This document shows positions 13,053-26,466 of a DNA stretch of 64,000 nucleotides, piece by piece; positions within the stretch are counted from its first letter, which is position 1; every line of letters starts with the position of its first letter. The translations under genes and the position numbers were made by a program. The notes beneath the pieces were generated by a model, which was given only the letters and a program-made list of their open reading frames with translations, was not told the origin of the DNA and searched no databases. This stretch comes from Felis catus (Eukaryota). The stretch is taken from NCBI RefSeq assembly GCF_018350175.1, contig NC_058369.1:11224001-11288000 (forward strand), written 5' to 3'.

Positions 13053-14527
13053 AAAACATTTTCTAATTAGAGGAACTTTCTAAGAAAAGTTTTCTCTACT
13101 TGGAGATAGGAGCTCCTTGGAAGACCTACAAGCCCTCAATACCCAACGGTCAAGGCTACCTGCATGGGATTCCAGCACTGGGCTGGAATTTGAACCAGAT
13201 CTCTGCCTGCCAAGTGTATGATTCATGTCTCCCCATCTCCAGCCTTGACCTTCCCTACTGAAATAACCTGTGGGCACATCTGCCATTATTGGAAATTCAT
13301 GGTTACAGATGAGTCTTTTCTTCTAGTTCCTCCTCCAAGTGTTCCCTGGAACCCTCATCCCAGACCCCAGGTTCAGAATTCTGCAGTTACCTCACACTCC
13401 CCTCTTCTTGCACCCTTCATATGCCACCAGGCACCGTGTCCAGCACAGCCTGACTTTGAAACTGTTCTCACATCTGTCTTCTCTTCCCTTACAAGTCACT
13501 CTTGAGGCTCAAGTCCATCCTCTGTGTCTGCATCTTTTTACCAGATTCCTTCTTTGCCTCTCTGCCTGCCCATCTCACCCTATCTCTGCCCTCCATCTAC
13601 AATTCACCTGCCTGGAACTCTCAAGAACACACAATGGTGCCCCATCATTTAGATATCAAGGCCAAACCCCACATCCTGATTTCTCACACGCTTACAATTC
13701 CCCTTTGTACCAGCAATCAGCTAAACTCCTCTCTCCCCTCCCCCAGTGTGAATTCACTCCTCCAACACAAATGTCCCTTTACTCATTCCTGCTTCTGAGG
13801 CTTTGCTATCACCATTTCACTAACCGGGTGCCCTTTCTCTCCCTTCACTCCCTTTCCACTACCTCCCACCCATACATATTCCAAAGAACCATTCCCAACA
13901 TTCTTTCTAGTTTATTCTCCACTCTCACCCAGGATGAGACACTGATGATTACAAGACTGAGGGCGGGAAGAAGTCTTAGATCAACATAATGGAAGTTCAA
14001 TAAACAGATGTCAAACTATAAAAGTATGTCTGGAATCTGCTCTGTACTTGAAATGTGAGGCCGATGTGAAAGGCATTATGGATTTGGTTTCTTTTTCCCA
14101 ATGGCCCAGTGCCTCCCAGGCATGTCCATCATGAACAGAGAATCAGGAGTTTCATCTCTCTCTTTCATAAAAGTAGACGCGTTGGGAATTTGTGAAGTCA
14201 GCAGCCACATTTCCATTCCAAGTGGATATATTTTACATGACTGTCACCACGATGTCATCTCCAGAATGTTCCCAAGGAAGTATCCAGACACAGGATTGTA
14301 GCTTTTCAGAACCATAAGGGACCCTGGAGATCAGCTAATTACAGGATCACAGATATTTAGTAAGTGTACTACCTGTCTTTTATCCAGGAGCCCATGGCAG
14401 GCATGACTAATCAAACACACCTTTCCTACTGAAGTCAAGTGTAGCTTCAAAGTATTTCTCCTCTTAGAACTCCAGGAAACATAAGCAATTCATTAGTGAG
14501 GGACTTATCTAGAGTCACCAAGTTCTT

Positions 14528-14751
14528 TCTTTCTTTTTTTTTTAAGTAAGCTCCACATCCATCATGGAGCCCAACGTGGGGCTTAAACTCATAACCCTGA
14601 GCTCAAGACCTAAGCTGAGATCAAGAGTCTGACACTTAACTGATTCAGCCACTCAGGCACCCCTAGAGTCACCAAGTTCTTTTTTTTTTTAATATATGAA
14701 ATCTATTGTTAACTTGGTTTCCATACAACACCCAGTGCTCATCCCAACAGG
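14528..14751 (-). mobile_element. Short Can-SINE (14528-14663) plus ~70-nt L1 3' tip (14682-14751)
   Basis: Each element is bounded by tagagtcaccaagttctt (three copies). Confidence 0.88.
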
Positions 14752-15019
14752 TAGAGTCACCAAGTTCTTAAATCAGAAACCCAGGGCCCCTCATTCTATA
14801 ATAGTGCAGTAATAGTCATGGCAGCTGTGAGGGCTTTGTCCATGGGAATGGCAGAGCAAGTGGCTAAGGCAGGGTTGAGTATACACAGAGCCAAGGAGAT
14901 CTGGGATAATGCATTTACTGAGTCCTGTTCACCCACCCATGTGGTCCAAACACCCAATGATTCCAGAGTCTCCAAATAAATACAAGGATCGACCAACTGT
15001 GCCCCACTTGGCAAATCCA

Positions 15020-15211
15020 AATTTTTTTACAGGTTGATTTAATTTTGGGAGAGAGAGAGTGTGAGCCAGGGAGGGGCAGAGAGAGACGGGGACAGAGAAT
15101 CCGAAGTGGGCTCTGTGCCAACAGCAGCGAGCCCCACGCATGCCTTAAACTCGCACACCGTGAGCGTATGACCTGAGCTGAAGGCAGACACTCAACCAAC
15201 GAGCCACCCAG
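15020..15211 (-). mobile_element. Can-SINE, followed by a MER58-like remnant to ~15385
   Basis: Typical SINE body; aataaagttttat...gtgccaacccc flank. Confidence 0.85.
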
Positions 15212-15843
15212 TTTTTATGAATAAAGTTTTATCGGCACACAGTGATGCTCGTTCATTTACACATTGTCAGTGGTTTCTTTTACCCTGCAATGGCGGGCTT
15301 CGGTAATTATAACACATAACATATGGCCTGAAAAGCTGAGAATATCGACTCCCTAGCCCTTTTCAGAAGTGTGCCAACCCCCATCCTAATGTCTTTCCAA
15401 CAAATTCCCATTTTGCTGAAGTCAGCCAGAGTTACTCATCACCAAGAACCATACCTGATACAATAGGCGACAGCACTGAAATCAATGGCTTAATTCTTCA
15501 AGACCCCTGATTAAAGATCTCCCCCAAGTACTTAGTAAGGATTTGAAAGTGTATCCTGGAAGTTTATCGTTGAGTATCAAGGGCAGATCCAAGTTTTGCA
15601 GGACCTGTACAATTGGTCCAGGAGGAGTTTCTCCCTAAGAAAACTACAAAAATACCAACACAGAATGAGTACAGCCATGTGAGTTATCAGGTCTCTCCCA
15701 AGGCCCTGCAGGGGGCCCATGAAAGTGAGGTACCTGTGGCTTATGCTGTGTTAGCTTCACATAAAAACCCACCTCTGTCCACCATCTGTTCTCTAAGCCA
15801 TTCTCCCAACAGCAGCAGGGATGGTCATTTGAAAATGAAAATC

Positions 15844-16076
15844 GGGGGGCGTCTGGGTGGCTCAGTTGGTTAAGCGTCCGACTTCAGCTCAGGTCATGAT
15901 CTCACGGTTCATGAGTTCAAGCCCCACATCGGGCTCTGTGCTGACAACTCAGAGCCTGGAGCCTGCTTCGGATTCTGTGTCTCCCTCTCTCTCGGCTCCT
16001 CCCCCACTCATGCTCCGTCTCTCTCTCTCTTTCAAAAGTAAATAAAAACATTTTAAAAAATTAAAAAAATAAAATT
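15844..16076 (+). mobile_element. Can-SINE
   Basis: TSD aatgaaaatcgg. Confidence 0.92.
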
Positions 16077-16104
16077 AATGAAAATCGGACCTGCCATGAA
16101 ACTT

Positions 16105-17005
16105 GTTTTATTTTTTATTTAAATTCAAGTTAGTTAACACAATGATGTCTTGGCTTCAGAAATAGAACTTAGTGATTCATCACTTACATATAACACCCAG
16201 TGCTCATCCCCAAAAAAGTGCTCTCCTTAATGCACCCATTTAACCCTTTACCCCCACCCACCTCTCCTCCAGCAACCCTGTTTATTCTCTGTATTTAAGA
16301 GTCTCTTGTAGTTTGCCTCCCTCTCTGTTCTTCTCTTATTTTCCCTTCCCTTCCCCTATGTCCATTCATTGTGTTTCTCAAATTCCATGTAGGAGTGAAA
16401 TCCTATGGTACTTGTCTTTCTCTGACTGACTTATTTTGCTTAGCATAATACACTCTAGTTCCATCCATGTTGTTGCAAATGGCAAGATCTCATTCTTTTT
16501 CATCGCCAAGTAGTATTCCATTTTATGTATATGTATATAAACATATACACACCATATCTTCTTTATCCATTCATCATTCGATAAACATTTGGGCTCTTTC
16601 CATAATTTGGCTATTTTTCATTGCTGTTATAAACATTGAGGTGCATGTGCCCCTTCAAATCAGCATTTTTTATCCTGTGGATACATACCTAGTAGTGCAA
16701 TTGCTGGGTCATAGGGTAATTCTATTTTTAATCCTTTGGGGAACCTCCATAGTGTTTTCCAGAGTGGTTGCACCAGTTTTCATTCCCACCAACATTGCAA
16801 AAGTGTTCCCCTTTCTCTGCATCGTTGCCAACATCTGCTGTTTCCTGAGTTGTTAATTTTAGCCATCTGACAGGTGTGAGGTGGTACCTCATTGTGGTTT
16901 TGATCTGCATTTCCCTGATGAGGAGTGATGTTGAGCATCTTTTCATGTGGTATATATATACAATGGACTACTACTCAGTGATGAGAAAGAATGAAATCTT
17001 GCCAT
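16105..17005 (-). mobile_element. Carnivore L1 3' fragment with a short inverted piece at its 5' end
   Basis: The minus strand encodes ORF2-like [27 protein letters not shown]; ~16945-17005 is L1 sequence in plus orientation. Confidence 0.88.
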
Positions 17006-18774
17006 CCAGTTTTCAGCGGTTTCCCAATGTGTGCTCCCATGTTCTCATCTCCACCCCAGTAAACTTGACCTTCTATTTTTCCCAGAATAGGCTCTCTCTC
17101 ACCTCAGGTCTCTCTGCCTAGATCATTCTTCCCAAATACTTTATCCTTCATATCACAGCTCAAGTATCATTTCTTAAGAGAAGTCTTGTCCATTACCCCA
17201 GACAAGATCAATGTTTACAGTTCTTCGTGGACTTTTCCTTCAATCCACAAGTCACAGCAAAATTGCTACTTAATGGCACCAAGACTAGACTTCTGTTGTT
17301 ATAAGTCAATGAATTTCAGGGGTCATTTGTTACTGCAGCATACCTAATTTATGCTGACTGATACACCAGACAAGATTGAAGGCCTAAAGTGGAGGATCCA
17401 GGTTAAAAGTGCACATTATAATGAAAGACGCTCTGAGGTTCCCAGCAGCCAAAGAGGAAACTCACAGAATCCATGAGGTAAAAACAAATCCACTTCCTAT
17501 ATCTCTGAATACATTGAACTATATTAAAACTTTATTCTCTTAATCATCTCACAATACGTACATATATCACATCATCATGTTGTATACCTTAAACACACAC
17601 AGTGTTATATGTCAATTATATCTCACTAAAGCTGGAAGAACTTTTAATACTTTTTAAAAAGCATATCCACTAACAAGGGAAGCCCAAGGAACCAATGACC
17701 TAAACCATTTCAAAGGCCCCCAGTTCAGCAAAAGACACAAGAAAAGTGATGGGATGTCTGGCTTTTGGAACTTGGAATGTAAACTGATCTGTCTTCATTC
17801 TGATTGACTAGATTATTTGGGGGATAAAACATGTCAGCTGTTTATGAAGTTGTTCTTACAGATATCAATTATAGGAAATGAGGTCACCCTCATTTTGGTC
17901 AATTAATTAAGCCAATCACCCTGCTGCTGTACCTCCTTGCACACAGTTACACCCACGGCCTCAAGGCAAGCTCCTTACGCCCATCTGGTTTCCTGTTACG
18001 TTCTGACATATGGGATACAAGGGTACATTGGAGAAATACGTGACTTGAATCTTCTGGTTTTAGTGGCCGGCAATGGCAGACCAACCACTCCAGTTTCCAA
18101 CTTTTTTGCCCCACAACCAGAACCAACATCATCGTGCCCACTCAGGTATACCAGCACCAGCTGATTAGCAACCCCTCCTCAGGGCTATGGGTACCAGATC
18201 ACACACAGTAGCGTCCTCTCCCTTCTCTAAGCTTCTAGGATCTGGTAACATTAGTTCTCCCCTTTGTTTCCCAGGATGGGCTGATCAACTGATTCCCACA
18301 GGATCTCTCTCTGTTTTAACTTTAGTATTGCATTGCCTTTTCTGTCCTCTGCTACCTGTATAATCAATTCCCATGTTCAGTTTTCTCTATGAAAATACCC
18401 TGAGTCCACACATGGATGAACCTTAAAAACATTATGCTGAGTGAAATAAGCCAGACACAAAAGAACTAATGTTATATGATTCCACTTATATGTGGTTCCC
18501 AAAATAGGCAAATTCATAGGGATGGAAAGTATATTAGAGGTTATCAGGGGCTGGAGGCAAGGAGGAAAGAGGATCTCTTGGCTGATAATTACAGAGTTTC
18601 TGTCTGGGGTGAAGCAAAAGTTTTGAAAATGGTGGTGTTGGTTGTACTTCATGAGTGTAATTCATCCCACTGAATTGTACACTGAAAAATGGTTGCAATG
18701 GCAAATTTTATGTTATATATATTTTACAACAATTTTTAAAAGTTAATAAAGTAACATACCTAAAAACAACAAAT

Positions 18775-19210
18775 TGGTTAAATGTCCAACTTTGGCTCAG
18801 GTCATGATCCCATGGTTCATGAGTTCGAGCCCCACATCAGGCTGTGTGCTGACAGCTCAGAGCCTGGAGCTTGCTTCAGATTCTGTGTCTCCCTCTCTCT
18901 GCTTCTCCCCAGCTCATGGCTCTGTCTCTCTCTCAAAAAATGAATAAATATTTTTAAAAATTTTAATAAAAAAAGGGGGCTCCTAGGAGGCTCACTCGGT
19001 TGACCGTTCGACTTTGGCTCAGGTCATGATCTCGCAGTTTGTGGGTTTGAGCCCCACGTCAGGCTGTGTGCTGACAGCTCAGAGCCTGGAGCTTGCTTCA
19101 GATTCTGTGTCTCTTTCTCTCTCTCTGCCCCTCCCCCCTCACGCTCTATCTCTCTCTCTCAAAAATAAATAAACATTTTTAAAAATTTTTTAATTAAAAT
19201 AATAAATAAA
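18775..19210 (+). mobile_element. Two tandem Can-SINEs inside an old L1 3' remnant (~18400-19260)
   Basis: Two bodies with CT tracts and A tails. Confidence 0.9.
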
Positions 19211-19679
19211 TGGTAAATTGTATGGTATGCGAATTATATCTCAATAAAACTGTTTAAAAAAAAAACTCGAGGTCTTTGCAGTGAAGAAAACTACCTTAAC
19301 CAAGTGAAGGAGGTGTTCATGTGGATTTCATGTACCCTCTGAAGTGATACAATGAAAGAGGTGCTTCATCTCTGGGGTATTCTTTCCAAAAATCCATAAC
19401 TCCAATCTGATTATGGGTAAAATATCAGACAAGCCCAGATTGATTGACATCCTCTAGGCTGCCTGACGAGTCTCCTCAAGACAGTCAATATCTTGAAAAA
19501 CAAGGAAAGACTGAGAAACTATCACAAACTAAAGGAAAGTGGAGAGACACGACAGTTAAATACAACGTGGTAACCTGGATTAGAGCTTGGAACAGAAAGA
19601 GGGCAATATTGGAAAAACTGATCAAATCTAAATAATCTTAAGTCTTGTTTTTGAAAAATAAATGGGGTGGATTTTTTTG

Positions 19680-20395
19680 TACTTATTTTTAATTTATTAT
19701 TTTTTCATTTAAATCCAAGTTAGTTAACACGTAGTATAGTACTGGTTTCAGGACTGGAATTTAGTGATTCATCATTTCCATATAACACCCAATTCTCATC
19801 CCACCAAGTGTCCTCAATGCCCATCACCCATTTAGCCCATTCCTCTACCCACCTCCCCTCCAGCAACCCTCTGTTTGTTCTCTGCATTTAAGAGTCTCTT
19901 ATGGTTTGTCTCCCTCTCTGTTTTCTATTTCGTTTTTGCTTCCCTTCCCTTGCGTTCATCTGTTGTGTTTCTTAAATTCCACATTATGAGTGAAATCGTA
20001 TGATATTTGTCTTTCTCTGACTCATTTCGCCTAGCATAATACACTCTAGTTCCATCCACATTGTTGCAAATGGCAAGATTTCATTCTTTTTGACCGCTGA
20101 GTACTATTCCATTGTGTGTATATACCACATCTTCTTTATCCGTTCATCAGTCAATGGACATTTGGGTTCTTTCCATACTTTGGCTATTGTCCATAGCGCC
20201 CCTATAAACAGTGAGGTGCATGTGCCCCTTCGAATCAGCATTTTTTTAATCTCTTGGATAAATACCTAGTAGTGCAACTGCTGGGTCGCAGGGTAGTTCT
20301 ATTTTTAATGTTTTTGAGGAACCTCCATACTGTTTTCCAGAGTGGCTATACCAGTTTGCAGTCCCACCAGCAGTGCAAAAGGGTGCCCCTTTTTT
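19680..20395 (-). mobile_element. Carnivore L1 3' fragment
   Basis: Similar to the 16105-16950 copy. Confidence 0.88.
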
Positions 20396-21183
20396 AAACG
20401 GGGTGTTTTCATCCCCAGACTATAATCCCATGCTAGCAATGAGAAAACATCAAACAAACCTAAGTTAAGTGACATCTTACAAAATACCTGACCAATAATG
20501 CTCTTTAAAACCGTCAAGTTCTTGAAGGACAAGACAGAGAGATTGTCATAAATCAGAGAAGACTAAGCACATAAGTTCACTAACTGCAATGTGGTATCCT
20601 ACATTGGGTCCTGGAATAGAAAAAAGACATGTGTGGGTAAACTGATGAATTCTGAATAAAGTCAGTAGTAGTGTATCAATGTTAGTTGTAACAAATTCAC
20701 CCTGGTTATGTAAGATATTAACATTAAAGGGATAGAACATAAATTCCCTGTGTTATTTTCCTAACTTTTCGATAAATCTAGAAGCATTCCAAAGCCAAGA
20801 GTTTACTGAAGACAAAGAAAAATTATAACTGGAGTCATTTTTGTTTCCCTGACTTAAACCTGATTGCTAAAGAACATAATCATCACTGATTATAAAGTAG
20901 GGGAAGTAGACCATAATTTCTAATCTATGTAAATGATTTCATCAGTTTTAATCTACTGCTATTAGAATACAGTGTAATTTCAAAGGCACGATACAAATAA
21001 ATAAATAAATATAAGATAATAAAGATTAATAAAATAATAAATAATAAATTAAAATAAATTTTAAAAATTAAAAGTAAGATCATGTTGAATTTTGACATTA
21101 TGCCTAACTTGAGAAGAATTTAAATTTTTGCTCCTGGTGCTTGGGATTAGAACACTATTGTGTCAAGATAAATTATCATTCAA

Positions 21184-21770
21184 GCAGTGTGGAGGTTCCT
21201 CAGAAAATTAAAAATAGACCTACCCTATGACCCAGCAATAGCACTGCTAGGAATTTACCCAAGGGATACAGGAGTACTGATGCATAGGGGCACTTGTACC
21301 CCAATGTTTATAGCAGCACTCTCAACAATAGCCAAATTGTGGAAAGAGCCTAAATGTCCATCAACTGATGAATGGATAAAGAAATTGTGGTTTATATACA
21401 CAATGGAATACTACGTGGCAATGAGAAAGAATGAAATATGGCCTTTTGTAGCAACGTGGATGGAACTGGAGAGTGTGATGCTAAGTGAAATAAACCATAC
21501 AGAGAAAGACAGATACCATATGGTTTCACTCCTATGTGGATCCTGAGAAACTTAACAGAGACCCATGGGGGAGGGGAAGGAAAAGAAAAAAAGAGGTTAG
21601 AGTGGGAGAGAGCCAAAGCATAAGAGACTGTTAAAAACTGAGAACAAACTGAGGGTTGATGGGGGGCGGGAGGGTGGGGAGGGTGGGTATTGAGGAGGGC
21701 ACCTTTTGGGATGAGCACTGGGTGTTGTATGGAAACCAATTTGACAATAAATTTCATATATTGAAAAAAA
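21184..21770 (+). mobile_element. Young 5'-truncated felid L1 (L1_Fc-type)
   Basis: Open ORF2 C-terminus (…[14 protein letters not shown]…WFIYTMEYY…LLCGS*), 3' UTR, A tail and a perfect 19-bp TSD aagataaattatcattcaa (21165-21183, 21771-21789). Confidence 0.95.
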
Positions 21771-22186
21771 AAGATAAATTATCATTCAACTGCACTCTGC
21801 CATCCTGGGTGGGTATGACTCTTTAATAAAGGCAACACATCTATTTCTTTTGACAGATTTTCTGTGAGGGGAGAAACTAAGGATCAGATACTGAGCATTT
21901 CCTGACCGCACCCAACATTTTCCCACTAATTGTTCTAGAGAATAGGGTGAAGCCAGAGTTGGTGGGAAGACTAAATTAATGAACGATCCTCCCCTCCAAA
22001 CCACAGGATTACAGAATGTTTGCACACCCAGAAGATACACCTGTGCGATTTACATCAACTATGCATAGCTCAAATGGGGTTCCTATGTTCCAGTTGCCCA
22101 AATGCTGGCCTTTAGAATGCTACCTTCATCCTATATGTACAGATGCCTGCATCTATTATTCCCTTCATTTTTTAAAGCAATTCTAT

Positions 22187-22418
22187 GGGGCGCCTGGGTG
22201 GCGCAGTCGGTTAAGCGTCCGACTTCAGCCAGGTCACGATCTCGCACTCCGTGAATTTGAGCCCCGCGTCAGGCTCTGGGCTGATGGCTCAGAGCCTGGA
22301 GCCTGTTTCCAATTCTGTGTCTCCCTCTCTCTCTGCCCCTCCCCTGTTCATGCTCTGTCTCTCTCTGTCCCAAAAAAATAAATAAATGTTGAAAAAAATA
22401 AATAAATTTAAAAAAAAG
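22187..22418 (+). mobile_element. Young Can-SINE (SINEC_Fc-type)
   Basis: CpG-rich head ggggcgcctgggtggcgcagtcgg; TSD aaagcaattcta. Confidence 0.93.
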
Positions 22419-22469
22419 CAATTCTACTTTTTTTATTTAAAAGGCAAAAGTTTTCCACACAATGCAATA

Positions 22470-23380
22470 CCATTTGTCATTAAAAAGGAACAAAGGATTG
22501 ATACAGGCAAAAGCATGAATGAACGTTGAAAGTGTTATGCTAAGTGGGAAAAGCCACTTATTGTATGATTCCACTTACACAAAATGTCCAGAATGGGCAA
22601 ATCCTACTGAGAGAGAAAGCAGATTCCCAGGTTCTGGGGAGGGGGATAGGGAGTTAGTGCTTAATGGGTATGCAGTTTCATTTTGGGATGATGAACGAGT
22701 TCTGGAATTGAAAGGCGACACAACTCTGAATGTATCAAAGACCACTGAATCCTATACTTTCAAAGGGCGAGTTTATGGTGCGTGAATTATATACCAGTAA
22801 AGTTGTTATTTAGGAAACAGTTACTTATTATGGTAAGTAGAAAGTCAGTATCACTCGCCATAAATAGAAGATAAGCAATAAAATATCATTCAGGCATGAG
22901 AAAGGAAATCCTGCCATTTGTGACACCCTAGATGGACATTGAGGGCATTTGGCTAAGTGAGATAAGCCAGATGGAGAAAGACAAATAGTATATGATATCA
23001 CTTATATGAAGAATCTTCAAAAGCTGAACTCATAGAAACAGAGTAGAGTGGGGATTCCCGGGGCTGGGCGTGCGGAACTGGGGAGATGTTTCAAAGGGCA
23101 CAAACCTGCAACTAGGAGATAACTTCTGGAGACTTAATGCACAACATGGTGATTGTTGTCAACAATACTATATCATACACTTGGAAGTTGCTAAGGGGCT
23201 AGATCTTAAATGTTCTCAGGACAAAACAAAAAAAAGAAATTATAATTATATGATGTGGTAAAGGCGTTAACTAATACTATGGTGGTAATCGTATTGCAAT
23301 ACCTAAGTGCATCAAATCAACACATTGTATATCGTAAACTTATAAAATGTTATAGGTCAATTACATCTCAATGAAAAAAT
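22470..23380 (+). mobile_element. Old L1 3' end remnants
   Basis: Typical L1M 3' UTR motifs (atgctaagtg..., ggtcaattacatctcaat). Confidence 0.75.
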
Positions 23381-24130
23381 ACACACGTACGATAAATTTG
23401 CCACTTTGTGCACAGGTACAAACATTTCTCTAGGAGCAGCATTGTTAAGCCAAAGGTATGAGCATTTTTATCTTCCATATGTTTACCCATTCACTGCATT
23501 AAAATAATTTATCACGCCCCTACCAAATGCCAAAAACACCTCTGTACTATAAATTCATAATTTTCTTTAACGTGATTCTTTGCTTTCATTACTTAAAAGC
23601 AAACTGTTACCCATACGATGGAATATTATTTGGCAATTTAAAAAAGAATAAAGAACCTTGAAAACATTACGCTTTTAAAGGGGAAGCCACTCTGAGGTTT
23701 GGGAGGAAAAGCAAGGACCCACAGGCAAAAATGTTGAGGAAGGAGATTTTAACTTAACCTCGGGAAGAATCTTACAGCACTACAAATTACCCCCACTGAA
23801 ACCATCCAGCTCTGAATTCCAAGGTCTCCCCCCTCACTTCCTCGGAAGCTATTTAAGCAGAGCTCACCCACAACAATCCACAAAAGAGGCCATATAAATT
23901 ACAGCGGTCAAAGCAATGCAAACTCCACCAGCCCCGCAGGGACCTGTTAAAACTCTAACAAATTAGCACAAAGTTTTATGAACTAATAGTAAAACTCCTG
24001 GTGGCGGAATGGCTGAATAAATTCTTACAATCTTGAGAAAGCGCTAGCTTTGTCAAAAGCTATAAAAATGTTCTCTACTTTTCATCCAGTAATTCCACTT
24101 TGGGAAAGTTATCAGAAAGAAATAATCCAA

Positions 24131-24600
24131 GGGGGGCCTGGGTGGCTCAGTTTAAGCGGCTGACTTCATCTCAGGTGATGAACTCACAGCTCATGGGTTC
24201 CAGCCCTGCGTCGGGCTCTGTACTGACCGCTCAGAGCCTAGAGCCTGCTTCGGATTCTGTGTCTCTCTCTTTCTCTTCCTCCCCCGCTTGCTCTCCCTCT
24301 CTCTCTCTCTCTGTCAAAAATAAATACAAATTTTTTTTTAAATTAATAAAAAATAGGGGCGCCTGGGTGGCACAGTCGGTTAAGCGTCCGACTTCAGCCA
24401 GGTCACGATCTCGCGGTCCGTGAGTTTGAGCCCCGCATCAGGCTCTGGGCTGATGGCTTGGAGCCTGGAGCCTGTTTCCGATTCTGTGTCTCCCTCTCTT
24501 TGCCCCTCCCCCGTTCATGCTCTGTCTCTCTCTGTCCCAAAAATAAATAAAAAACGTTGAAAAAAATTAAATTAAATTAAATTAAATTAATAAAAAATAA
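24131..24600 (+). mobile_element. Can-SINE with a younger Can-SINE inserted in its tail (24356-~24585)
   Basis: TSD aaattaataaaaaata around the second copy. Confidence 0.9.
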
Positions 24601-24946
24601 AACAAAGAAATAATTCAAAATAAAAGAAGAAAAGTTTAAGTGGTTATTTCAGCCTTATCTACAATTTTGAAAAGCAACAAAAAGGTTGAATAAATCATTA
24701 TTTATGCACTCCATGGAATATTAAGCAGCCGTTGAAGTGGTAATTATGTGACAGTAGAGAGGAGAGTGAGCACAGAATGTTAGGTAGGAATTAGCTCAGA
24801 GGAAAATGATACGTTCCATGCAGTTCCAACTAAGCTCAAAAAAATACGTATATGGGCCAAAAGTAGAAGGAAACCAAACTATGCAAAATTCTCCAAATAC
24901 AGCATGATTTTTTACATGTGCTATTTCTTCCACCTGAAATGTTCTC

Positions 24947-25755
24947 TCACACACAGAGACACACACAGATGCACACATTGATATACACACATATAGACTC
25001 ATATATACACATATGCCCACACAATACACAAACACACACACACACACATATGCACCTGAGTAAACATACATACATAAGGATATACATACTTAAGCACGCA
25101 TACCCAAACACATAAGCATACATTCATATGCACACGAAGACATGCCCACTCAATGCACATACACACATACACAAACACATATAAGTACACATTCACATAC
25201 ACCTTTATACATTTATGTGCATAGTATTATGGGCTAAATTGTGCCCTCCCCAAATTCATATGTTAAATTCCTAACCCCCAGGACCTCAGAATGTTACCGT
25301 ATTTGGAGACAAAGTTTTCAAAGAGGTAAATTAAGGTTCACTGAAGTCATATGGATGGGCCGTCATCCAGTAAGACAAGTGTCCTTATAATAAGAAGAGA
25401 TTAGGACAGTTACAGAGGGAGAATCAAGTGAAGACACAGGGAGAAGATGGCCAGCTACAAGTGCAAGCGACAGGCCTCAGGAGAAACCAGCCCTGCTGAC
25501 ACTGTGACCTCACACTTCTAGTCTCCAGAACTGTGAGAAAACAAATGTGCTGTGTAAGCCATCTGGTCCGCGGTACTGTGTTATGGCAGCTCCGGGAAGC
25601 TAACACACACACATACACATGTGCCTACACAGGATGTGTTCATATATGTCCATACACATGTGCCTACACGATACACATATATGCACACTCGCATGCACGT
25701 GTGTGATCATATATGCATGTACGTGTGTGCCCACACAATACACACACACAAACAC
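24947..25755. repeat. Degenerate (CA/TA)n low-complexity tract split by an LTR
   Basis: Direct reading; tracts at 24947-25220 and 25603-25755. Confidence 0.8.
25224..25606 (+). mobile_element. MaLR solo LTR (MLT1-like)
   Basis: tattatgggctaaattgtgccctccccaaattcatatgtt ... gttatggcagc...taacaca. Confidence 0.8.
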
Positions 25756-26466
25756 TCCCTTTCCTTCAAGACCTGAACTCACATCACCACCTCTGTGAAG
25801 CATTCCCTGGCCCTTTCAGGTAGTATGAGTTGTTCCTTCCTCCATTACCTAACACTTTAGAGAACTCTGTTCATTCCTTCTTTCATCCCACAAATACCAG
25901 GTGAGCCCTGACATTCCTCAAGGAGCCGAGAATACAGCAGTAACCAGACCCAATCTCTTCTCCCTGCACCTACACTCAATTATAATGCTTACCTCATTGT
26001 ATTAAAGCTCTTTGTTTATAAGCCTGTCTTCTTCTTCAGGCCATGAGTTCATGAAATATCTGCCAAATGATATCTGTATCATAAGAGTAGGGGACTTGAT
26101 GGATTTCTGTTGACCTCATCAATAGATGGATGGATACATTTGCAAAAATAAGTGTGTATGTGAATGTGTACTTACATGTATGTGTATGGGGGGGCATGTT
26201 TATGTGTGCATATGAATGTGCACTTACGTGTTTGTGTACGTATACTTAGGATGGTGGAGATCTAGATTCCTTGGTTTGTTAACTTGGATTCTCCCAAAAG
26301 CAGACATGAAGACAAGATCTCTGACGCTTGTTTCTATTGGGAGACGGCAGTGGTGGGTAGCAAACTGGAGACATGTAGTCCATCTTTGCTAATGTGACTT
26401 TGGCTGACCTAGGGAACAGTAGAGCAAACTGTCCAAAGAGGCCATCATTATAAATGACCAAGCAGA

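Noticed and set aside
13339..13989. 216-aa plus-strand ORF downstream of CASP14
   Set aside because: Non-ATG start, pyrimidine-rich L2-like decayed sequence, no recognisable domain or splice context.
14510..14769. Direct repeats with spacers resembling a CRISPR array
   Set aside because: Eukaryotic context; the spacers are a SINE and an L1 tip and the repeats are target-site duplications.
15844..15930. tRNA-like A and B boxes
   Set aside because: These are SINE heads followed by CT tracts and A tails; no genuine tRNA gene was seen.
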